From the IMG/VR virus record IMGVR_UViG_3300045988_020586: 64,000 nucleotides of DNA. One strand, 5' to 3'. The position numbers and the translations under genes were made by a program. Positions 48,224-61,222 of this stretch are shown here, in pieces. Within the stretch, counting starts at the first letter, position 1, and the number at the start of each line of letters is the position of its first letter. The DNA is from a virus. The notes under the pieces are model-generated. The model did not search any database and had not been told where the DNA came from. It saw only the letters and a program-made list of their open reading frames with translations.

Positions 48224-49576
48224 ATGCAAAAGATTAGAATTGGAAACGATATTAGATTAAATCTAACTCTTCGTGGTCCTAGAACATACGATTAGGCTAG
48301 TATTAAGAAATTAGCTTGTTATTTAATAAATACATCTGTAGCAGACTTTTATACTGGTGAGACATGTTGCAATGACCCACATATGTATGGCCATCCTTGC
48401 TTTAATAGATGCGGTTGCCATTCATATCATGTAGAGCCACGTTGCTGCAGACCATATCATCACGACTGTAGATTAAGTGGTAGAGGATGCAATCCTTGCG
48501 CAGGAGCTTCTTGTATTCCACCTGCATATTGCAAGCCGTTTGATAGAGTACTTGCTGGCTATGATGATAAGTTCTGCTATACAGCATATTCTAAGGTTCT
48601 TCCTAAGGCTAACAGTATTCAGTGCTATTTCCCTGCTAAGGATCAGCTTTTCTGCGGAGTATATAAACTTGTAGTTGTAGCAGAGATGTATGAACCAGGT
48701 TGGGGTAAGACCGACCTTCATACATACACAATGGATTACGGTGAAGTACTTATGCTTGTAAATGACAATACTGGAGCAAGTGGCGACATTACTCTTGATG
48801 TAGATAAGGACGATATTCTTAATAAGAATATTATTGATATAAGAGTAAAGACTCACGACTTGTATTTGTATGGTGGTAATCAGATTAGACTTGGTGAACA
48901 GGATAAGAAAGACCATTATTATATCATAGAGGTAGAGCTTGAAAATGGTTCTGTACTTGAATATACTCCTGGCAATTGGCCTTACGAGAAGCTTCAGTTT
49001 GTTGCTACAAAGTCTAGTGTTATATCAATCGAGGAAGAGACTGGTATAATTAGAGCTATTAATCAGGAGAATACAAACAGTACTTACGTAACTGTAAAAG
49101 CTAAGAACAACGATATTACAACCGGATTTAATGTAACTGTAGTTGGTGGTGATTACGATTATATTGGTTATCTCCCAGTTAGACCATTTGCTGCTAATGT
49201 TGAAGATGATACAGAAGTAGGATTTAATAGAACTGATCAGTCGTACGAAGACAGTAGCCAGGAGTATTATACAGCTACAGGTGTAGAAGCTGTTAATACA
49301 GACGATCTTAAGAGAGTTGATGATCTTACAAAGCCTGTACAGGTAGAGAATACAAGAGATGGACAGTATCTTTGGATTGTTACACGTAGACCTATTGCTT
49401 ATGCTGCAAACATCACAGATAATGGTACAACGGATCTTAACTCAGCTATATATGTACCTCTCACAAAGTATCAGTAGAAATTGAACGATAGCAAGTATTA
49501 TTATTGCTGTCCTAACCCAATGAGCGCTAATACTAAGTCTGGTGGAGATATTTTCTATATTAAACTTGAAGCTTAA
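48224..49576 (+). CDS. Cys-rich structural protein with Ig-like (BIG2-type) domain
   Basis: ATG 48224; track ORF 48383-49477 in the same frame; 2 in-frame TAG. N-terminal CCNDPHMYGHPCFNRCGCHSYHVEPRCCRPYHHDC… and VISIEEETGIIRAINQENTNSTYVTVKAKNNDITTGFNVTVV. Confidence 0.7.
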
Positions 49577-49581
49577 TAACT

Positions 49582-50613
49582 ATGGAAGCAAAGAAAGAAG
49601 ATATTAAAATATATGGTAAGCTTGTAAATGTTACCACAGAGAATGTTGTTGCAGATGCTGAGCAAATCTGGGACTCTTATTACAAAAAGAACCAGACAGC
49701 TGTAAACAGATCTATGCGTGATGACTTTACAAAGTTTGCTAAGAATCCTACATTTGAATCTGCCGTATTTACAGGAGACTCTACATTCCAGGGCAATATG
49801 GCTGTAGAGAAATCTCTTTCTGTAAAAGGCTCTTCAAAATTCTAGGATTAGGCTACATTTAACAGTACTATTAGAGCTCATGGAACTCCTAATGGATTGG
49901 TTGTAGACCATAAGATTATTACAAACGATATTGAGGTTATGGGTACATTCTAGGCACTTAATATTGACACAAATAACCTTGTAGTTCATAATTTGTTAAA
50001 GGTAGAGAATGGTGGCTCATTTAGAGTTGATGGAGATACTATCCTTAATAATCTTTCGGTTAGTGGTACTCTTGATGTTCCTAATGCTACTACAGCTAAA
50101 TACGGAAGCGTTAGACTTGCTACATCACCATCAGGTTAGGCTAGTACAGATGTCCTTACAGTTGGCCTTGTAAAGAATATGTTACAGTATGTTCTCCCTG
50201 CCTCATCTGAGAACAATATACTTATCTACAGTAATGGCAAGTGGGTTACATCTGCTATTGACTAGGTTATTAATAGCAATGCAACTATTAATGAGCATAT
50301 TAAAAGTATTACTAAGAATACATCTTATACAAAGAATGAGGTATATACCAAGGGAGATGTATATAACAAATCTGAAGTAGACAATAAGATTTCTAGCAAT
50401 ATGAATACAGTATATACTAAACAAGAGGTATATACAAAGAGCTAGACGTATAGCAAGGCAGAAGTAACATAGCTGTTGCAGGATCTTAAAGAGTCAATTC
50501 TTAGAGAATACAAGAACAGCTGTTTATGGGAGACTAGCGGAACTGAATTTATTGTTCCTAAAGATAATAAGAAGATCAAGGTTAACGCAGCTTATAAAAA
50601 TGCAACATCTTAA
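49582..50613 (+). CDS. tail-fibre-like protein (many in-frame TAG)
   Basis: Track ORF 49582-49845 extended in frame to TAA 50611-50613. Repeats YTKxEVY. Confidence 0.65.
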
Positions 50614-50627
50614 TAGAGGAGGTATTT

Positions 50628-52187
50628 ATGGAAGAATCAAGTTATAAACATAATTATGAATACCTCTCTATTGAAGAGGCTAAGGCAATTGTAAACGGAA
50701 CATTTGTACAAGGAACTACAAATATTGGAGGCGAGCTTGCTACTAAGGCTGATATTGACAAATTGCTTACAGCTGCTGATAAAAAGTTAACCTCTATTGT
50801 TCCTTCTACTGAGGTAAGTAATGAGTTTGTGTGTTTCTTTGAATGCGTTGATAATAGAGTAGACCCAACTGGTGTTCATGTTACAAATGTTATTATACAG
50901 GTTGGTCAGAACCAGAAAATACAATACGAATTAACTCCATCTAATGCTACTGTAGATACATGTACATATGAAGTAACAAGTGGATCAGAATACGTTCATA
51001 TAGCAGATGGTGTAGTTTACGCCGATGCTATTGGAGAAGCTACATGCAAGATAACTATAAATGGAAATATTGTTGCTACATTTGTAGTTACTGTTACAAA
51101 TAATCAGACTGTAAGGTTTGTTGGAAATATATATTTATTAACAAACAAATGGCAATTTGATGCGAAGATTCTTTTTTATCATAAAGACTATTTGTATCAA
51201 TTATCAGACGATCTATAGGATAATGATTATATGATTCATCCAACTTGTTATGTAAAAGGATTGCCTGCGTCAATTTGGACTGGAGTTCCTAGAACCATGC
51301 TTATAGATTTGCAAGAAATTAAAAATGTGTATCAAAAAATTAAAGATGAACCATCTTTAATTAGGGGTAAAACTGTAGAATAGGCCTGTGAGATAAATGG
51401 TGGACATTATGTAAAGATAGAGTTTGTTTGTTGGAATAATAATAACGGAGTAGAATACCCGTTTGTAGTTGATAATTTTGATATAGAGTCTTACTCTTTT
51501 GAGAAATATTCAAATTCTTCTATTGTTGCTACAGATAGACTAAATAGACGATTAACATTGGTTAATTGTAAACAGATGAGTGAAAAAGTTAGTTTTTCTG
51601 CTGGTACTATTTATGGAAAATTTGAAGAATACAGTAATGAATTTGACGGAGAGCGCTATAGTTATACAGATGATAAAAAATAGGATTTGCTTATAACAGA
51701 TTCTGCTACTTGTATTGGATATATACTTGTAGATCTTGATGCAGAAAATCAAAGTATATATACATTAGTCAAAAATAATGGATCATATATTAGAAAAGGA
51801 TACCCTTTGTATGGAAATACTATAAAAGAACCAAATATAAGTATAACTACAAATAGTGTGGACTCAACTGGTGATACTGTAAAAATAAATGCAACTATAA
51901 ATAGTGTTAATGGAAAAACGGACATTACTAGCATTAGAGGTGGAATATATGCGTTGTGTGTTAAAGACGGGAAAACTAATGGAAAGAGATTATTTGGATA
52001 TGATGACAACGGAGCGTACTGTTGGTTTAATCAGATAGATACCTTACCTTATACTACGTAGATAAATATACCTAAAGAAGATTATAAAAAAATACAATTA
52101 AAGGCAATGTATTATGACACATCTGAAGAAAAGCCTGTAAGATATGCAAGCAAGGATACCCCTTTAATTGACGAAATTACATTATAA
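50628..52187 (+). CDS. structural protein with Ig-like domain (4 in-frame TAG)
   Basis: Track ORFs 50628-51218 and 51687-52061 share a frame; TAA 52185-52187. Confidence 0.65.
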
Positions 52188-52432
52188 TGGAAGTACTTAG
52201 TAAAACTGGACTAGATACGCTCTGGTCTAAAATAAAGGCTAAATTTGCTCTGATATCTGATCTCAATGCCTTATCAACAAGAGTTTCAACATTAGAGGCA
52301 TCATTAAGATCTCTAACTACAACCGTCAATAATCTTCCAACAGCAGTAACTAACGACTAGAAATATCTTCGTAAGGATAGAAATGATTCTACAAGTTACA
52401 CCATAACAGCAAAAGGTGTTTATAAAGCTTAA
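52187..52432 (+). CDS. small coiled-coil protein (1 in-frame TAG)
   Basis: 82 codons, TAATG overlap start. Confidence 0.5.
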
Positions 52433-52437
52433 TTACT

Positions 52438-52863
52438 ATGAAGTTAACATTAAAGAGAATGGCTTTAAAACCAACATATACAATTGGTAAGCTATACATA
52501 GACGATAATTATTTCTGTGACACATTGGAGGATACCGTAAGAGATCTTAATAAAGACGGTAAGTTTGATAACGGAGAGAAAAAGATTAAAGGTAAAACTG
52601 CTATTCCGTACGGTACGTACGAGATTAAGTGGACGTATTCACCTAGGTTCAAGAAATATACACCACAACTTATGAATGTTCCTTCGTTTGAAGGTATCCG
52701 TATACACGCAGGAAATACTAATGCATCAACATCAGGGTGCTTACTGCTTGGTGAGAATAAAAAGGTTGGAATGGTCCTTAACTCAAAAGCTACCATAGCG
52801 AAGTTTTGTCCAATTATAAAGGACGCTTGCGCCAAAGGAAAGGTAACAATTGAGATTAAATGA
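52438..52863 (+). CDS. putative cell-wall-acting or lysis protein (DUF5675-like, from memory)
   Basis: 141-aa intact ORF. …GTYEIKWTYSPRFKKYTPQLMNVPSFEGIRIHAGNTNASTSGCLLLG…. Followed by holin-like and spanin-like ORFs. Confidence 0.7.
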   Translation: MKLTLKRMALKPTYTIGKLYIDDNYFCDTLEDTVRDLNKDGKFDNGEKKIKGKTAIPYGTYEIKWTYSPRFKKYTPQLMNVPSFEGIRIHAGNTNASTSGCLLLGENKKVGMVLNSKATIAKFCPIIKDACAKGKVTIEIK

Positions 52864-53150
52864 GCAAGATAACAGGAACGTGGCGTGAGAAAATTTAGTA
52901 CACAACCGCATGTCTCGCGTTTTTAAGCGGTCAAGCTCTAACTTGGATATAGTATTTACAATATGGTGAAATCTCCACAGGAGTACTAGGGTTTGTAGCC
53001 CAAACATTAGTTTATTCTGCTAGTATCTATGGAGTATCTATTTATATACAGGGCAAGTTTGGAGAAATGAGAACATATTTAAAAGAATATTTAACAAACA
53101 ATGAAGCAGCTAATTCAAACAATAAAGAAGAACTACAAGCTGCTGCTTAA
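52860..53150 (+). CDS. holin-like small membrane protein (2 in-frame TAG)
   Basis: ATGA overlap start; 96 aa with two hydrophobic segments. Confidence 0.45.
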
Positions 53151-53751
53151 CGCTGTTTTAGGGCTTCTAACGGCCTTTTGCTTAGCATCTGGTATATTCT
53201 ACCACAACAAAGCTAATAGGCTCTCAGAGGAGCTTAAAATGGCTAATAACAACATCGAAGCCTATTAGGATGCCTTATATGGTGCCTAGTAGGCTTCTGG
53301 TGTTTTAAGACTAGATGTAAAAAAGTTGTCAGAATATAATGATAAACTTGTATAGTAGATAGACTCTATTAGAAAGATACAGAAGGTCAAAAAGAACGAA
53401 ATACAGGTAGCAGCAACTCAAAAGTAGATATTAAACGTTAATAAAAGTAAGGGGGTAGGGGGTGATATTATAGCAATTATTAAATACTCTACTTATAAAG
53501 ATAGTTTATAGTATAACCCTTTAACTAAAGTATACTATACAATCGGTAAAGATAGTGTTAATATTAAGCTTGATGTATAGAATACGTAGTACCTCTACGT
53601 CTATAAACATAGAGAATATAAGAATAAGAAGAACTTCTTTAAGAGACTTATAACATTCGATTGGAAGAAGAAGGATGTATACAAATATAAGATACACAAT
53701 ACAAATGATTTACTTAAAGAAGATAGTATTAAAATAATAGAAGCAATATGA
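53101..53751 (+). CDS. N-terminally anchored coiled-coil protein (spanin-like position; many in-frame TAG)
   Basis: MKQLIQTIKKNYKLLLNAVLGLLTAFCLASGIFY then coiled coil; TGA 53749-53751. Confidence 0.45.
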
Positions 53752-54434
53752 ATTACTTTTCACTTAGAACATTAATAGATGATATTCTCCTTATTGTCCG
53801 CAATAACAATATAAGTGAAAGTGAGGATCTTTCAAGGGATTAGGTAGCGTCTTGGATAATACAATATAAGACTTATTTACAAAAGAAGAAAGAGGAGCAA
53901 GATAAAGAAAACGACGAAAGTGAACCAGATGATTCATTATAGTCAACTGTTGGTCCGATTGAACTTATTGTAGATAAAACAGAAAAGAACGTAGATTGTG
54001 AAGATTGCTGCTGTGATACTATTAAGCGTACAAAAGATAAAATATACACAGTAAACAAAAGTGCTGATGATATAGTTAGTGTATGTGATAAGAATGGTTG
54101 TGTTATACAATATATGCATAAGCTTAGAAAGCATTATCATAACTTTAGAAGATACACTTACGCAGAGCCTGTATGCTGGTTTGATGATGGATATATTTAC
54201 GTAGAAGGGGATGTTGATTCAATAAACTCTGTATACATTACAGGATATATAGATGAATCTAAAACCGCTGATACCGAAGATGATATAACAATACCAGGCT
54301 GGATGATCCCTGACATAAAGAAAGCTATACTTACAAATGAGCTTGCATTTATGATTAAGAGACCTAGTGATGATAGTAACAATTCAACATTAGCTAGTGT
54401 AAAACCAAATGGTCCTCAAGATAAGGAAGAATAA
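53748..54434 (+). CDS. hypothetical head-tail joining region protein (2 in-frame TAG)
   Basis: ATGA overlap start; track ORF 54114-54434 in the same frame. Confidence 0.65.
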
Positions 54435-54876
54435 AAAGAGTTATACGATCTTAGACATATATAGAGCGTATAATAAAATCAATGAGAACGTCCCATATTT
54501 GCGATATAAGCGCATATTGGACGAGTTTAATAAAGTTGTAAAGGATGAGATTTTAGAGCGCTCACAGCTATTTAAAATGCCATATGGACTAGGTAGTATA
54601 TGTATAGTAAAATACAAACCAAAGTCATATACACCAAAGTCGTTATCTGTAGATTATAAAACATCTAAAGAAGAAGGTAAGAAGATATATCACCTAAACG
54701 AGCATTCTAATGGATACAAATACAGATTATACTGGACAAAGATACCTAGAACATTTCCAAAAAGATATATGTATCAGATACAGTTTGTAAGAGATAATAA
54801 AAGGCATCTAGCACAACTTATATTCAATAAACAAGATTATATAAACATAAATGATATTCAAGTATACAAAATGTGA
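54409..54876 (+). CDS. IHF/HU-like DNA-binding protein of the crAss capsid block (tentative)
   Basis: 155-aa intact ORF with no TAG. FKMPYGLGSICIVKYKPKS resembles the beta-arm region of IHF-like proteins. Position just before the large tail genes. Confidence 0.6.
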   Translation: MVLKIRKNKKSYTILDIYRAYNKINENVPYLRYKRILDEFNKVVKDEILERSQLFKMPYGLGSICIVKYKPKSYTPKSLSVDYKTSKEEGKKIYHLNEHSNGYKYRLYWTKIPRTFPKRYMYQIQFVRDNKRHLAQLIFNKQDYININDIQVYKM

Positions 54877-55714
54877 ATCTGTTATAGCCAAAATAATGGC
54901 TGATGCAGACATGTCTGAAAAGAATATTCGGGTCACAGATATACGTGAATGGATATTCGAAGCTGTTGAAAAAATAGGTGCACCAGTATAGTATGTATAG
55001 AAGGAATCTGGAGATGATTGCGTTCCTATATTTGAGATACATGAGAACCAAATATCTATACCAGATGATCTAGAATCTCTTACGTCTGTAGCGTATTCTG
55101 TAGACGGTACAAATTGGATGTAGGCAAGGAAGGATGAAAGTTCATTTAAACTGAAAGCAAACGCTCATAAGAATCCTAGTTATACTCCACAATAGCCACC
55201 TAGATAGCCTTTAATAACACATAGATCTTAGCTGTTAGGTATTAATGGTTCAACAGCTGTATTAAACGTATTAAACAACAAAAATGTTAACGAGCCAACA
55301 TACTGGATTAAACCTGGTTGGATAGTATTTAACAAAGATAAGGGATTTGTAAAGCTTTCGTACAAAGCAATTGCTACTGATGAAAGAGGTTATCCTCTTA
55401 TCCCAGATTTAGCTTCATATCAAGAAGCTATATATTGGTACGTAATGATGAAGCTTAACTTTCCTAAGTTCTTAAAAGGTTAGCTTGGAGGTAAAGTAAG
55501 ATTTAACTAGAATACTTATTTTTACATGCAATAGCAGTGGAACTTTTATAGAAACCAAGCATATGCAGAAGCTATGATGCCTAATGAAAGTGAAATGTCT
55601 TCAATAAAGAACGAGTGGACAAAACTTATTCCAGACTGGGATTCTGATGACACGCTGTTTAATAACGTCGGAAAGAGATAGTTAAACTTTAATGATTACT
55701 ACTATGGCTACTGA
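54851..55714 (+). CDS. tail-associated protein (many in-frame TAG)
   Basis: Single frame ATG 54851 to TGA 55712-55714. An alternative start is the internal in-frame ATG beginning MADADMSEK. Confidence 0.6.
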
Positions 55715-58700
55715 TAATAATACATTCGTAAATAGCTTTGTAACAGGAATAGATAGTGATAGCTCTTTAGATAGAGTAAAAAATACCAGTTACTTAGAGG
55801 CTAAGAATATTAGGGTGCTATCATTCGATTCTACAAACCAACACGGATCCATTAAACCTATAAATGGAATAAAGCAGGTTGGATCAATAATTGACGAAAA
55901 GGTAGAAAGAATATTAGCTACAGGAGCAGTACGAGATAGAGGCGTAATTATATACATATCAGAGAAAAGAAATAAGCCAGAGTTCTGTATATCCTGCTTT
56001 GATAATAAAATTGGTCAAGATAGTGATACTGACAGCTCTGTAAAAGAAATATAGAATATATCTAATATATTTAGATCAGAACTTATAGATTGGCCTACAG
56101 ATAGATCAAAGTGGCCTAAGAATGTATCAATTACATTCAAATATGAAGGCGATGATAATATTAAATTATATGTTGCTACAGGATTCAATCCTATAATGGT
56201 TTTTAATATAGCGAAATTATACAGCTATAATAATACATCATTCAACACAGTATAGTCTTACCCAAAGATTATATTTCAGAAACCTAAGTTTGTTAAATAT
56301 GTAGATGGAACACTTAAGACATCTTACGTAAGCTACTCGTACTAGATATACAGCAATCACGGAGTATCTACAGATATATCTCCAGCTTGTTAGTCTATAC
56401 CTGTTATTAATGTACCATCAGATAGAACAGACGTATTAGGAATAAAGACTGATTAGTTTGATAAGAAAACTAACTGCGGTGTTTAGATTTTAATTAAACC
56501 AGAGACAGATTATTCTTTTCTTAACAGAATAAAGATATATAGAATCTCAGTATAGATTAATGGTTAGTTGCCAACAATTGAAGTTATATATGACTCTGCG
56601 TACGAACCAAACAGAAATGGAGATTTCTTTGTAAATGATACAGGCCAACAGGCTTTGGACACCATAACAATAGAAGAATACAACAGTATGTCTGGTGTAC
56701 ACATTATTCCAAAGGTTATAGAAAGCAAGGATAATATATTGTTTGCTGCAAACATATAGGAAAGATCAACTTTCATTGATACAGACCTGTTTAAAAAATG
56801 GGACGCTAGATCGTTTAGAGCAAATGGACAAGGATAGATAGTTCTGTAGAATACATCCGGAGATCAAAAGGTAACATATAAATGGTCTGAGCTTAACGAA
56901 TTGTCTATAAGTAACGGGTATATTGAAAGAGACTCTTATAATCCATATAATGATATAAATAAGCAATACTATCTTAGTGACTCGTACTGTATATATGACA
57001 AAGATAATTTCTATGGAGGAACTGGAGTAAACGTTTCCTGGAGATTTACAGTTACGTATATTCCTATTGATACTTGTAGTACTACTGGATCAAAGGAGAT
57101 TGGAACGATGTGGAACGTTCTCAAGGTTAAGAACACACAGGACAGGCCAACTCTTTATTTTGTTAACAAGAACGGCCTTTAGAAAGCCGACATTGAGATA
57201 TCTACAGAAGAGGGTAGAATTAATAACTCATGGGTAACAAAGTCTCTTAAACGAAACGAATTGTATAGATATGGTATTATACTATACGACTCTACAGGAA
57301 GCCCTAGCCCTGTAAAATGGATAGCAGATATTCGTACACCAAATTTATATGATAAGTATTTCAATACTTTCATATCGCATTATAACAATATGTACGATCT
57401 AGCATCAATTCCTCTTGGTGTAGCATTCAATGTTAAAAACTTACCAGAAGGATGTACTGGATATGAAATCGTAAGATGTTAGAGAAGAGAGTAGGATATA
57501 GCCTCAATAGCATAGGGTGTTATTAGTAAGCCAATAGTTGGATATAGCACACCTGAATGCCATAGACCAGATAGAACTACATACTTCCCTACAGGATTAC
57601 TTACAACCGCAATGGTGGCCCAAGGATCAGTATTTAAGTATTTTACAGAGAACTACAATCCTGCTAACGATGGTAAAGTAGATGCGATACAAGCCGCTGG
57701 TAGAGTATGCGCATCAAATTTTGGTAATACATAGATATTCTAGTTTGTATCAGCAGAAACTACTTATTAGCCAGAATCTATAAAAGTGCTTACAAATAAC
57801 AAAGATTTCAAGTTAGAGCCACTTAGGTATATTTTTGGTCAAAGCGGAAAGTTCTAGAAAGAGAAGCATATTGGAAATAAATATTTCATGAGCCCCGGTA
57901 TTTCAAATACTAACATATATACAAAACCAGATTAGACTAATGATGGTAAATCCTACGAATGGAAGTACTATACAAATAAGAGCGGTGGTGGATATACTGA
58001 TTATCAATACAAGTCTTCTCCGTATATTCTCAAGATGCTTACAGCGCATTTGAAAACTATGTACTATAAAGCTGATGTATCAGATAAAATGTGGACATGT
58101 TTGAGTCCTGGTAAGATAGGTGAGAATATTAAGTATTCTGGATCTGATATGAACAAAATAGATGATAAGGTTTTTGCTTATATAAAACTGTATGAACAGG
58201 GATGTTCATTAAGAACAAGGGTATGCGGAATAACTGATCATTTTATTGATTATGGTCCAAGCTCTATGGATGAGCATATTGATAACAATACAAAACTTGC
58301 CGATATCGATGACATATAGATAGCTTCTGAGTTAAAATGGAATGAAGTAATTAAAAGAACATTCCTGGAAAAAGGCTCAAATTCAGATGTTAAAGAGAAT
58401 GGTAAATGGTGGCCAACAATAGAATACAACAACCACATAGATTCTGTAGGTAAATACTAGTTCTGTAATACTGTATTTTATGGATGTGATGGAGCTGTTA
58501 TAGATAGAGGAGGAATTGAAGGAGATGACAACACAACAATTGCGCACGATATGGTAGATGGCGCAGATTAGGGTGATGTTATAGGAGATGATAATCCTGG
58601 ATATATCCTAAGATTCCCATTTAGTACCGGAGGTAGATGCGCTTTGTTATCAATGAAAAACGATTGCGCAAATATGTTGTTCAATAGTATTATTGGAGCA

Positions 58701-60350
58701 TAGTCTTATTATAAAAACGTTGATAATAATCTATAGGAATTCAATTCTTTTTCTAGCTACTACAGGGTCAACATTAATAGTATTCCAGGAACTGTGTTGT
58801 GTAATATAAGAAAAACAGTAACTCCATATGACGGATGTACAGAAAAGTCAATAACTGCTAGCACATATAGATCTGATGGCTAGTTCTTTACAAAAGCAAA
58901 TGAGTGGAACGCTGTATTCGATGGGGATACTTACATATCTGTACTTGATTACACATCAATGCATAAAGCTACTTGCAACTTCTTGAAAGGAAAGGATGAT
59001 AGGGCTAGTAGAGATTATAGTGATTATAGATCACCTTCAATGATGCTTGGATATGCTATACCGGTAGAATCTAATATAAATTGTAGATTTGCATATGGTT
59101 ACGAATTCTCAAAGAACTCTACAAATGAAGGTGCATCTATGATTTAGATTGAGCCTGCTAATGTAAACAATATGTATACTCAAACTGAGCCAGAATACCT
59201 GTTTAACACAACATATGCTGCAGAAAATAACAGTAGAATTCATGCTGCTTTTGATACTACGAATATAGAAGACTTCAATAAGAATGTTGATTATATGTGT
59301 AGATATTCTATGCTAAAAGAAAACAATGAGCACATTGATAGTTGGACTAAGTTCTAGAGCTCAAATTACCTTGACGTAGATAGTAAGTATGGCAAAATAA
59401 CAGGTTTGAGAACATATAAGCAATGGCTTGTATTCTGGCAGTAGATGGCTACAGGTTTGTTATCTGTTAATGAAAGAGCTATAACTGATAGCATAAATGG
59501 TACATAGTTAATACTTGGTACTGGTGGAGTACTTAGCAGATACGACTACCTTGATCAAACAGCAGGTATGCATAATGATGAGCTATGTGACACTTAGTCT
59601 AGCTCTACACTATATTGGTTTGATCATCATAACTAGGAGATTAGATCATTTGATGGATAGGGCGTATATCCTTTAAGTAAGGGGTCACAAGCTTAGAATA
59701 TATTATACAAGTATTAGGACAAAGATTCTGATCCGACATTGTTCTTCGATAATAGAAACAACGAGGTTATATGTAAGGTAATTGGAGAAGATTCATTTGT
59801 GTATAATGAGGCCGCAAAAGCATTCCCTTCAATTTATACAATACCGTTTGATGGAGCTATATAGTTTAGTAATAAAACTCTGTTAGTTAAGAATATAAAC
59901 GGAGATATAAAAATTGCATAGTGGGATGCAGACAATAAGTATACAACATCTTGGGAAGAAAAGATATTACCAACATATATTAAGTATGTTGTTAATAGCA
60001 TTCCTACAGCAACTAAAGTGTTTGATAACCAAGAAATAATTACACCTCAAGACGAATTCTAGTATATTGATATATAGGGCGATAAAAAAGATAGAGATTC
60101 TTATTTTGGATTATCTAAAGAGTATAAATGGTCTACTGATTCTGGAATGAAATCAGAAGATGATCTGCATGGAAAGATAACTATAAGAGAGCATAATTAC
60201 AGGTATGCTATTCCTAGAGATAATAGAGCTAATGCATACGGCTCAAGAATGAGGGGTAAATATCTTGTATGCGAAATGTAGGATAATAAACCTAATACAA
60301 ACGTTGCTATATAGTATATACTAACTAAATTTAGAGCATCATGGATTTAA
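55692..60350 (+). CDS. very large tail protein, 1552 aa (muzzle or tail-stabilisation-like position)
   Basis: Track ORFs 55692-56054, 56568-56759, 56901-57182, 57261-57482, 58035-58319, 58959-59147 and 59172-59357 all share one frame linked only by TAG. TAA 60348-60350. Confidence 0.75.
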
Positions 60351-61222
60351 GATAGAGAAAAAGAATAAATAATATTCCTAAGTTTAATTCAGGTACTGGC
60401 TCATTATCTGATTCAATAAATGGAATTGGCGGAGATATAACTGGTCTTAATTAGTATAAGACAAATATAACTTCGATTCCAACATAGTCTGATATAAACA
60501 ATATGAGAGGCCCTGGAAAGATAACTATGGGTTTAGGATCTAATTCAAAGCCTACTGCTGGATAGGTTATAGGTCAAGTAGGGAATGCAATAGGCGGAGC
60601 ATTTGACTAGAGCTCTAAATTTACTAATGGTGCATCGAAATCTCTTGGGTAGTTTGGAGATCTTGCTTCAAAAATACCTGGGCCATATGGATAGGCTATA
60701 GGAGGAGTATTCAAGCTTGCTTCAAATTACTCTGGAATGGCGAACTATAGTCACGGCAGTTCCGAGATGATGAACTAGGCAGGAACCACTGAAAGTTCGG
60801 TAAATGGGATAGGATATACAAGATAGAATGTAACAGACACAAAAGCTGCTTATAACGATGTATCTAAGACAGGTTTGAATAACACAGTATCAAGTACTGC
60901 TACAGGAGCTACAACAGGTGCTGCCATAGGCTCAATTATTCCTGGCTTAGGAACAGTTGCCGGAGGAATAATTGGAGGTATTATAGGCGGAATAGGAAGC
61001 TTGTTTGGAGCCAGAAGAGCTAGAAGAAGATAGAATAGAATTGGAAAGAACGCCATAATACAGACAGATGTTATAAATTCTGCTAATATGGCTTCAGCTG
61101 ACACTGTTGGATTAGAAAATAATTATTACGCAAATAATTACAACACAACTGGTGGAGTTCTGTATGCTAATAGGGGAAAGGATTTAAAATTAAGAAAACG
61201 AATTAATAGAGCTAAGGTATGA
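60341..61222 (+). CDS. Gly-rich virion protein with glycine-zipper segment (many in-frame TAG)
   Basis: ATG 60341 overlapping the previous stop. …GSIIPGLGTVAGGIIGGIIGGIGSLFGARRARRR…; TGA 61220-61222. Confidence 0.6.

Noticed and set aside
23669-61222. TGA reassignment in addition to TAG.
   Set aside because: TGA terminates several well-delimited genes (ends at 23669, 28102, 41519, 53751, 55714, 61222), often with an overlapping ATGA restart. No gene needs TGA read-through to be continuous.
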